DNA from: Bacteroidota bacterium
Lineage (GTDB): Bacteria; Bacteroidota; Bacteroidia; Chitinophagales; JADIYW01
Direction: 5' to 3'
NCBI GenBank assembly: GCA_028288625.1
Contig: JAQBNI010000150.1
Location: 1,584-65,583, forward strand
DNA length: 64,000 nt
The notes under the pieces were generated by a model. The model was given only the letters and a program-made list of their open reading frames with translations, ran no database searches and was not told the DNA's origin. Position numbers and translations under genes: made by a program. This document shows positions 57,901-64,000 of this stretch, one piece after another; positions within the stretch are counted from its first letter, which is position 1, and every line of letters begins with the position of its first letter.

Positions 57901-58697
57901 AAACATTGCGTCAATCCAATATTATGCTGGAGAGTAAAAATATCGAACTCGAACGCAAGAATATTGAGTTGTCATCCTTCAGTTATGTGGCAAGTCATGA
58001 CCTCCAGGAACCGCTGCGTAAAATTCAAACGTTTTCTAAAAGACTTAAGGAAAAGTATACGGACATCCCGGAGGATATGATCTTGTATCTCGATAAAATT
58101 GAAAGCGCTTCTGAACGCATGACAGCATTAATTAAAGACCTGCTGGATTATTCAAGGCTTACAAATCCGGACAAGCTTTTTGTGCTGACGGATCTGAATG
58201 ATGTTGTTAAGAATATCCTCAACGATTTTGAATTGCTGATCGAACAAAAAAACGCAACCATAAAAATTTTATCCGATCTGCCCGAATTAGAAGCAGTGTC
58301 TCTGCAGATCAACCAGCTTATCTATAACATCATTGGCAATTCGCTTAAATTTTCAAGGGAAGGTATTCCGCCAGAATTAACGATCAACTGCAGAAATTTG
58401 ACCCGTGATGATTTTTCAAAATATCCAATTCTAAATCCTGAACAGGCTTATGTGGAAATGATTTTCACGGATAATGGTATCGGCTTCGACCAGTCATATG
58501 CAAAGCAGATCTTTGTAATTTTCAAACGGCTTCATGAACGCTCCAAATACCAGGGCACCGGTATCGGCTTATCGCTCAGTAAAAAAATTGTAGAGATTCA
58601 CGGCGGTATTATCTTCGCACTTTCGGAAGAAGGAAAGGGCGCCGAATTTCATGTTATCCTTCCGCTCAGGCAAGGCTCGCATTATAAGGCGTTGTAA
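54930..58697 (+). CDS. CheB methylesterase-CheR methyltransferase-PAS-histidine kinase fusion
   Basis: CheB GASAGG, QH and SG..DG residues; CheR TAFFRD, VAGCSSGEEAYS, CRNVLIY; EELQS.NEEL coiled coil; PAS; H-box SHDLQEPLRKI. Confidence 0.93.
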   Translation: MSKKTIPEVSVQDFPVVGIGASAGGLDAFKRFLQEIPEKSGMAYVIVQHLNPAHESILPELLTRVTKIPVHVIENDINLAPDNIYIIPENKILTASDGVLKLNSNDPANKKNMSIDIFFKSLAEVHTNLAVGVVLSGTAFDGTAGLKAIKENGGLTFAQDDSAAFDSMPQSAINSDVVDFILPPEKIPAKILEINNIYKPEKQQDGKSNLSSEDERDLKIILTIIRQRTAVDFTYYKQPTIRRRLARRMSIRKVYKFSDYLDILRMDKEEQDALFLDMLIPVTAFFRDSKTFESLSETIYPELLKNAANKESIRVWVAGCSSGEEAYSLAISIHEFFHDKIPNIKIQVFATDISDTVITKARAAIYTANDVHSISSARLQKYFTKTDGMYHVNKQIRNMCIFASHNFLKDPPFSNIDMVSCRNVLIYLDTYLQKKALTNFHYALNENGFLFLGKSETINAAAEYFNPVNKNEKIYSRKQAVSRYMSVTSKKNEEAYAEKNTQLRKEPDHTNDFQKNVDEILLSKFAPPAVIVNEHQEIVHFRGDTGLFLRPSPGKASLNVLKMIRDGLTFELRNALHHVQKKKMPVIKENIPLSNINDYVVTMEVIPVPNIIEQYFLIVFHKIEIPPIERESEMNSAEKIKSDRAKKRIDQLEKELAKTREDIRSISEDQEAYNEELQSANEELLSSSEELQTINEELETSKEELQAGNEELIIVNQELTERQENLGDVSEKLEKLNKQLIIQNETFKQAEESSNQGSYTYNFTTGEFACSDNLYRIMGYEPGEMQCTLKDFYKHVHPKDRGHVKKDAEKVKSIKETVEMRYRLVTKKGQKLYIKGTGRTITQNDELILVGTVQDVTQDTLLNKHLKLREAQLSESQRLGKIGSWEVDFNRNRLVWSDELYRMYGYKRGELKLDLETFGNLVPEDLPRVKEMLEHSRSTGDPFEMEYRRYDKNGHIHNIYSKGSVKKDKTGKVIGLLCISMDLSELRQKEETLRQSNIMLESKNIELERKNIELSSFSYVASHDLQEPLRKIQTFSKRLKEKYTDIPEDMILYLDKIESASERMTALIKDLLDYSRLTNPDKLFVLTDLNDVVKNILNDFELLIEQKNATIKILSDLPELEAVSLQINQLIYNIIGNSLKFSREGIPPELTINCRNLTRDDFSKYPILNPEQAYVEMIFTDNGIGFDQSYAKQIFVIFKRLHERSKYQGTGIGLSLSKKIVEIHGGIIFALSEEGKGAEFHVILPLRQGSHYKAL

Positions 58698-58765
58698 TAG
58701 TTCCTGAGTTTGCCTTGTCATGTAGAACGTTGTTCGACGTCCTTCCCCATTTTATTTTTGTTATT

Positions 58766-58861
58766 AGATCCTGAATCAAGTTCAGGATGACGGTGTACAA
58801 TGTGAGGGCGGCGAAGCCGCCCTCACACAAACTAAGGCATCCCAAGCTTGATTTGGGATCT
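58766..58861. repeat. tripartite palindromic element (left copy)
   Basis: AGATCCTGAATCAAGTTCAGGATGAC, hairpin TGTGAGGGCGGC-gaa-GCCGCCCTCACA, GGCATCCCAAGCTTGATTTGGGATCT. Confidence 0.8.
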
Positions 58862-58992
58862 AAAAATTCTCAGGTCTTCTTGAATGATTTCAAGTGGAAA
58901 TCCTGTAATCATTTTAAAAAATAATATAACACAACCCGTTGATTTACTGCAGACCTTTGTATAGTAAATTGATCACTTCAAAAAAATCAGCT

Positions 58993-60090
58993 ATGACATT
59001 GTCGGCAGCAGTTGCTTTTTTTCCTGAAATATTCCATAAGGTATTATACGCCGCAGCAATTACGGTGGGAGGTATACTATTGTTTTATCTTTTATTTTTT
59101 GGAGTGAAGAAATGGTCGAAAGAGGAAAAGCGTTTCTTCCCGACATTGATAGATAAACATCTTCACGCCCCGGGTGTAATGCTGTTCACGCTCATTACAC
59201 TGAACATAGATTTTAAATTGTTCAAAAATTATATTGTAACCAGTGTTTACACGAATGTAAATCATTTACTGCACGTTCTCCTGATCATTTCCGTTGGATA
59301 CATGCTTAGAAAAATGGTTTCTTTTTTTTACGATGTGATCGTGGCTATATATTCTCGTAAAGAGTATAAAGATTATACACTGCGGAGTGTGCGTACCCAG
59401 TATTATCTCATAGCGCGCATCCTGAATATGCTCATTATGATCATCACAGTTATCGCCGTTTTGCTGACGTTTGAATATATAAGAAAATTCAGCACTACTA
59501 TTTTAGCGTCGGCGGGAATGGCGGGAATTGTAATTGGTTTTGCCGCCCAAAAAAGCTTGGGTACTATTTTTGCAGGTATACAGATCGCGTTAACACAATC
59601 GATCAAGTTAGATGATATCATCACTATCGATAATGAAACAGGTAGGGTAGCTGAACTCACACTTACCTATGTTGTAATAAATACGTGGGATGAAAAAAGA
59701 TTGATCATTCCAATTAATTATTTTATCGATAAGTCTTTTAAAAACTGGACGCGCGTTTCTCCTGAAGTGATCGGAGAAGTAAAGATTCATGTCGACTTCA
59801 CGCTTCCCATTGAAAGTGTGCGCGAAGAGTTTAAAGAATGGCTGAAGCATACAAAGCTGTGGGATAAGCGCAGTTCCTCGCTTTCTATCAGTGAAACAAA
59901 CGAAACGTCTATGATACTGCGTGCCAAAATGAGTGCAAAAGATTCCGATGACGCGGGAAGTTTGGAATCATATATCCGGGAAAAACTCATCACCTTATTG
60001 CAGGAAAAATATCCGTATGCATTGCCTGCCGGGCATATAGAGGAATTGAAAAAAAGGAAATCCGAAAAACACGCAGCATCTCATTCATGA
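58993..60090 (+). CDS. small-conductance mechanosensitive channel (MscS family)
   Basis: ILASAG.AGIVIGFAAQ.SL...FAG.QI, G.V.E.TLTY, WD..RLIIP; start 58993 or upstream. Confidence 0.9.
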   Translation: MTLSAAVAFFPEIFHKVLYAAAITVGGILLFYLLFFGVKKWSKEEKRFFPTLIDKHLHAPGVMLFTLITLNIDFKLFKNYIVTSVYTNVNHLLHVLLIISVGYMLRKMVSFFYDVIVAIYSRKEYKDYTLRSVRTQYYLIARILNMLIMIITVIAVLLTFEYIRKFSTTILASAGMAGIVIGFAAQKSLGTIFAGIQIALTQSIKLDDIITIDNETGRVAELTLTYVVINTWDEKRLIIPINYFIDKSFKNWTRVSPEVIGEVKIHVDFTLPIESVREEFKEWLKHTKLWDKRSSSLSISETNETSMILRAKMSAKDSDDAGSLESYIREKLITLLQEKYPYALPAGHIEELKKRKSEKHAASHS

Positions 60091-60599
60091 AGTTACCTAA
60101 GACATATACAGAAGATAAGCAAGCAGTAAATGTAGTTATTGAAACGCCGTATAAAAGCCGGAACAAATATGCTTACGATAAAGATACAGGCTTATATAAA
60201 TTGAGAAAGGTATTGCCCGCAGGACTTGCATTTCCATGCGATATGGGCTTTATTCCAAATACAAAAGGAGGGGATGGCGATCCCCTTGATGTATTGATCT
60301 TAATGGATGAGTTGACTTTTCCCGGCTGTGTCGTCGAATCAAGATTGATTGGTATCATTAAGGCAACACAAAAAGAAAAAGGAAAAAAGGCGGAACGCAA
60401 TGATCGTATCATAGGCGTGCCGGTGGAAATGGAGGATAGCACACACATTAAAGACATTTCAGACGTCAGTAAAAATAAAATTGATGCCATCATAAGTTTC
60501 TTTGAATATTATAATGCTATGGCAGATAAGAAATTCAAATTAATAGAGATTGCGGGATATAAAAGCATTGATAAGATGCTGAAGGATGCAATGAAGTAA
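60087..60599 (+). CDS. ppa: inorganic pyrophosphatase (family I)
   Basis: VIETP..SRNKY, GFIP.T...DGDPLDV. Confidence 0.9.
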   Translation: MKLPKTYTEDKQAVNVVIETPYKSRNKYAYDKDTGLYKLRKVLPAGLAFPCDMGFIPNTKGGDGDPLDVLILMDELTFPGCVVESRLIGIIKATQKEKGKKAERNDRIIGVPVEMEDSTHIKDISDVSKNKIDAIISFFEYYNAMADKKFKLIEIAGYKSIDKMLKDAMK

Positions 60600-60614
60600 A
60601 TTAAAATTATCATC

Positions 60615-61106
60615 ATGGAAATCATTTATAAATTATTTGGAGAAGGCAAGGATCTGAATGTCCTCCAAATGTGCATGCGTGCATTGGTTATGTTCATTTT
60701 TACATTGATCATTATTCGCATAGCAGGTCGCCGTTCGTTCGGAATGAAAATGCCTTTCGACAATATTATCACAATTCTTTTAGGAGCGATCTTAAGTCGT
60801 GCAGTAGCCGGCGCTTCTCCTTTTTTTCCAACCATAGCTGCTGCAACCCTGTTGGCGATATTACACAGAGTGTGTGCTTGGCTTGCCATGAAAAGCGACA
60901 GCTTCGGCAGGTTACTAAAAGGCAATGCGTGTGTTTTATTTAAAGACGGCAGGTTTTTATATGAGAATATGGACGCTTTCCAGGTATGTGAAAAAGATAT
61001 GCTGGAAATGGTACGGATAGATACCAATCTTCCGGATTTTGAAAAGGTGAAAGAAATATACATGGAAAGAACCGGAGAATTGGGAATTGTAAAAAAAGAG
61101 GAATGA
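60615..61106 (+). CDS. DUF421/YetF-like membrane protein
   Basis: RIAGRRSFG...FD.I..ILLG, L.KDG, YMERTGE.GIV. Confidence 0.8.
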   Translation: MEIIYKLFGEGKDLNVLQMCMRALVMFIFTLIIIRIAGRRSFGMKMPFDNIITILLGAILSRAVAGASPFFPTIAAATLLAILHRVCAWLAMKSDSFGRLLKGNACVLFKDGRFLYENMDAFQVCEKDMLEMVRIDTNLPDFEKVKEIYMERTGELGIVKKEE

Positions 61107-61513
61107 TGGAGAAAGCATTGATCTGGTCGCTTCTGAACACTACATTTAGAATTTTTCAAAACGACATCTCTTTTAAGATCGGAGATGTATGTAAACCCCT
61201 GGATAAATTACTCGAACAGTATAATAAAACAACGTGGGCGTTTATGACGGCATGGAATCCATATTGTGAATCGCTGCCGGAAAACAAAAATATGGAACGC
61301 CACCTGCAATTAAAAAAGAAACTGGATGGTTACGCAATATTTGAAGGCGAAGCCATTGGAGAAGATAAAAGTTATCCCCCTGAAAGAAGCTTTTTAATAT
61401 TAGGGATCAGAAGGGAAGAAGCTTGCGTGTTAGCAGAAGAATTTCCGCAGTATGCGATTGTTGTTGGAGAAAAAAATAATGCTGCGGAATTGCTGCTGCT
61501 GAGTAATTACTAG
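61103..61513 (+). CDS. DUF3293-like protein
   Basis: WAFMTAWNP, E.SFLILG, A.EF.Q.AIV. Confidence 0.7.
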   Translation: MMEKALIWSLLNTTFRIFQNDISFKIGDVCKPLDKLLEQYNKTTWAFMTAWNPYCESLPENKNMERHLQLKKKLDGYAIFEGEAIGEDKSYPPERSFLILGIRREEACVLAEEFPQYAIVVGEKNNAAELLLLSNY

Positions 61514-61550
61514 ACTTAATAAAAGATTTGAATCAAGCAATAAACGTTTT

Positions 61551-61651
61551 TGATCTCAAAATCAAGTTTGGGGATATATTGGTGATGAGTTGGTGCGCCT
61601 ATGCCGCACCAACTCATTGGACAACGTCATCCTGAACTTGATTCAGGATCT
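61551..61651. repeat. tripartite palindromic element (right copy, inverted relative to 58766-58861)
   Basis: Degenerate GATCTCAAAATCAAGTTTGGGGAT, hairpin ATGAGTTGGTGCG-cctatgc-CGCACCAACTCAT, GTCATCCTGAACTTGATTCAGGATCT (exact reverse complement of 58766-58791). Confidence 0.8.
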
Positions 61652-61669
61652 TTTTTACAAAGTAGCCTT

Positions 61670-62128
61670 CTAAATCACTTCATTATTTATTTCCCTTTCC
61701 TCAGAAGCATAAGCCATAAATGTAAACGCGCCGAAAATAACGTGCGCTGCGATCAAATGACCGAAATAATTTTTAAATGTTCTTTTAGGAGGATAAGGGT
61801 GCAGCTTTAATACTGCATACCATATGCCAACTGCAGGAATGCCGCTAAGTCCTCCAATCAGCAAGCCATTCAGCACCGTAGGTTCAACATTAGTCTTCTT
61901 CAAGACCTGGTAATAAACTGAAGCAAATATAATTCCAGTGGCATAATGCAACAGCCACCCGCTCTTTTCTGCATTCTTTTTTTCAACCGGCGCAACCCGA
62001 TGGATCAGTTTCCCAAGCAGTTGTGGCTCTTTAAAATTTCGGTGCTGTATTTTGGAAACTGCATAGCTGAAAAGTGTCATAGCAGTAGTGCCCGCAATAC
62101 CGGCTAATATAATGGGACTAAGTTTCAT
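61670..62128 (-). CDS. hypothetical membrane protein
   Basis: Four hydrophobic helices; GT.AMT.FSY, GWLLHY..G, AHVIFG. Confidence 0.75.
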   Translation of the reverse strand: MKLSPIILAGIAGTTAMTLFSYAVSKIQHRNFKEPQLLGKLIHRVAPVEKKNAEKSGWLLHYATGIIFASVYYQVLKKTNVEPTVLNGLLIGGLSGIPAVGIWYAVLKLHPYPPKRTFKNYFGHLIAAHVIFGAFTFMAYASEEREINNEVI

Positions 62129-62465
62129 ACGTTCCGTTTTTTACATAAACTTCCCCTTTGTAAGGATGTAAGGAGGAATGATAAGTATATCCCGCAACAT
62201 GCAGGATATAATAGGTCATAATATCGCACCAGCAGATCTCATCTTCAAATAAAGGAACTTCAGGCATCTTTCCTTTTTGCCGGCTGTTTTCTTTATCGTA
62301 ATCATAATTTCCATGATGACTTTTGCACCAGTCTTCAAACTTGGTTAACTCATTCGGATGGGAAAACACAATTTTAAAATGTGTTTCTTCTTCCACAGAT
62401 TTGAGATCCTCGTTAAGGAAATGATGAATTTTATGACGATGTCTTATAATTTTTGCGGTATGCAT
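62118..62465 (-). CDS. hypothetical protein
   Basis: 115-aa ORF coupled between the Mn catalase and the membrane protein. Confidence 0.7.
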   Translation of the reverse strand: MHTAKIIRHRHKIHHFLNEDLKSVEEETHFKIVFSHPNELTKFEDWCKSHHGNYDYDKENSRQKGKMPEVPLFEDEICWCDIMTYYILHVAGYTYHSSLHPYKGEVYVKNGTYET

Positions 62466-62494
62466 GCAAGAAATTTATCGTTAGCGAATCCTAT

Positions 62495-63505
62495 TTACTT
62501 GCTCCCATTTCGTTTTGATTTGCTTCCGTTGTGTTTGCCGTTGCGGTTACCTTCTTCTGCAATTTCAGGATTATACTCTGCCCATTTTATTTCACCGTTT
62601 GATGGTTTGTTAGCCATGTTTACTTCTGTACTCCTTTGCTTGCTGAGCACTCTGTTATTTTTTTGAACACTTGCTTCTGAACGGTCAGTTCCTTCCGGTA
62701 CAACTTGCAGCAACCCGTTGGTATCATCTATGTAAGAGATCGGATCATCTATATATTGCCATTCTTCACCAAATTCAGGGCTCTCACCTTCATTCCACGG
62801 ACCTGTATATTCTTCGCCGGCAGACATGTTGAAATAACGGTTGCTGTATCTCGGATCGCTTTGTAAAATTCCCGGAGGAAAGTTAGGTTGTATCGTATTC
62901 AATGCAGCTTCAAACATCTGGTGGTGCGCTACTTCACGCGTCATCAGGAATCGCAATGTTTCTTTTACGAGCGGATCATCTGTGAATGACAAGAGATTTT
63001 CATAAACCATTTTAGCACGTGTTTCTGCGCCAATGTTAGAACGCAGGTCGACTGTAAGATCGCCCATCGCATTTACAAATGCGCCGCTCCATGGAATTCC
63101 CTGGCTGTCTGTTACTGTTGGTCCGCCTCCGCTGAGTAAGAAAAAATGAGGGTTGATCATTGCCTGGTGAATATAATCTTCCTTTGCTGCCTTGCCATCC
63201 AGCATCTTTGTAAGATCTGATTCATCTGCGGCATTCTTTAATTCGCCATTCACACCCGTTAACAGCATTTGTATAGTTGCGCCTACAATTTCGAGGTGAC
63301 TGAATTCTTCCGTAGCAATATCCATCAGCATATCATATTTATCGGGATATGGTTTCCTGCATCCAAAAGCTTGTACGAAGTATTGCATCGCAGCTTTTAA
63401 TTCTCCGTTACCTCCTCCGAATTGTTCGAGCAGGAGTTTTGCAAAGCGCACATCCGGTTTGGAGACGCGCGCATTAAATTGTAATTCTTTTACGTGATAA
63501 AACAT
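62495..63505 (-). CDS. manganese (non-heme) catalase
   Basis: EQFGG..GEL.AAMQY, DIATEE.SHLE, AE..A...YE.L, RE.AH..MF ferritin-like Mn ligands. Confidence 0.92.
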   Translation of the reverse strand: MFYHVKELQFNARVSKPDVRFAKLLLEQFGGGNGELKAAMQYFVQAFGCRKPYPDKYDMLMDIATEEFSHLEIVGATIQMLLTGVNGELKNAADESDLTKMLDGKAAKEDYIHQAMINPHFFLLSGGGPTVTDSQGIPWSGAFVNAMGDLTVDLRSNIGAETRAKMVYENLLSFTDDPLVKETLRFLMTREVAHHQMFEAALNTIQPNFPPGILQSDPRYSNRYFNMSAGEEYTGPWNEGESPEFGEEWQYIDDPISYIDDTNGLLQVVPEGTDRSEASVQKNNRVLSKQRSTEVNMANKPSNGEIKWAEYNPEIAEEGNRNGKHNGSKSKRNGSK

Positions 63506-63557
63506 GACTTAGATTTTAGTTGGTTAAAAATTATTTTATGTAATGATCGCCGATCAA

Positions 63558-63755
63558 TTATTCAGTTACTGCTGCTAATGAATATTTCAAAAATTTCTCA
63601 ACATCTTTTACAAGCACACCGGCGGATTTTACCGCGATCACCAATTCCATTGGAGATACATTGAATTCCCTGCTCCAGAATTTCAATTCCGTTTTTTCAT
63701 TCACATCGATCCTTAAATTGTCCGATAGTTCAACATTTAATTTCCCTGTATTCAT
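63558..63755 (-). CDS. DUF3606-like small protein
   Basis: RIDVNE..EL.FW..EF.VS..EL..AV...G.....V..FL pattern. Confidence 0.75.
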   Translation of the reverse strand: MNTGKLNVELSDNLRIDVNEKTELKFWSREFNVSPMELVIAVKSAGVLVKDVEKFLKYSLAAVTE

Positions 63756-63892
63756 TTTTTTATATTTAGAAGCATCATAAAATTAACGGTGCAATCTATC
63801 AGGGTTATTACATAATTTGTAGAAAATTTTATATCATACCAAGATGTATGATCATAGAAAATATTGTAGGGATTATTGGAGACCGGAGTTTT

Positions 63893-64000
63893 TTATTTCT
63901 CAGGATATTCATCCGAACCCTGCACCCACATGTACGACTGAACGTCAATCATATCGCGGGGTTTGAGGTGTTTTACATCCTTGCGGATCTTTTCCGCAAA
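63893..64000 (-). CDS. 3' end of a hypothetical protein truncated by the window edge
   Basis: Open frame FAEKIRKDVKHLKPRDMIDVQSYMWVQGSDEYPEK* running off the window. Confidence 0.6.
   Translation of the reverse strand, partial: FAEKIRKDVKHLKPRDMIDVQSYMWVQGSDEYPEK

Noticed and set aside
54930-58697. Chemotaxis operon
   Set aside because: No cheA, cheW or MCP genes; CheB and CheR are fused to a classical histidine kinase
736-62666. Numerous 60-180-aa ORFs nested in or antisense to long genes
   Set aside because: Shadow frames of well-supported genes with no motifs of their own

Overview
Bacteroidota chromosomal window (Chitinophagales/Saprospirales-like by gene content and TAnnTTTG promoters; taxonomy is inferred). 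It opens with a T9SS type-B cargo locus: a 2745-aa surface protein with 33 tandem 51-aa repeats, then PorP/SprF and a PorE-like OmpA protein. Housekeeping genes follow (PSP1/RicT, polyprenyl synthase, CDF transporter, lptB, recJ, dnaB, acyl-CoA dehydrogenase, folB), with an Xre-RES toxin-antitoxin pair among them. The standout is a 4.84-kb element integrated in tRNA-Cys(GCA) between 15-bp att repeats (25139-25153 and 29979-29993). It encodes a tyrosine integrase, an excisionase-like HTH, an XRE regulator, a compact wHTH-HUH Rep-like protein behind an origin-like region, and two membrane-anchored zinc-finger proteins. It has no capsid or conjugation genes, and I found no GATC in it although the host DNA is GATC-rich. 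The right half holds envelope and metabolic genes, three secreted TPR paralogs, and a stress/signalling cluster (three PAS histidine kinases including a CheB-CheR fusion, two stand-alone receivers, MscS, PPase, Mn-catalase). GTCA(T)...GATC palindromic REP-like elements are dispersed through the window, including an inverted pair bracketing a four-gene operon. All calls come from reading motifs by eye; no database searches were run.
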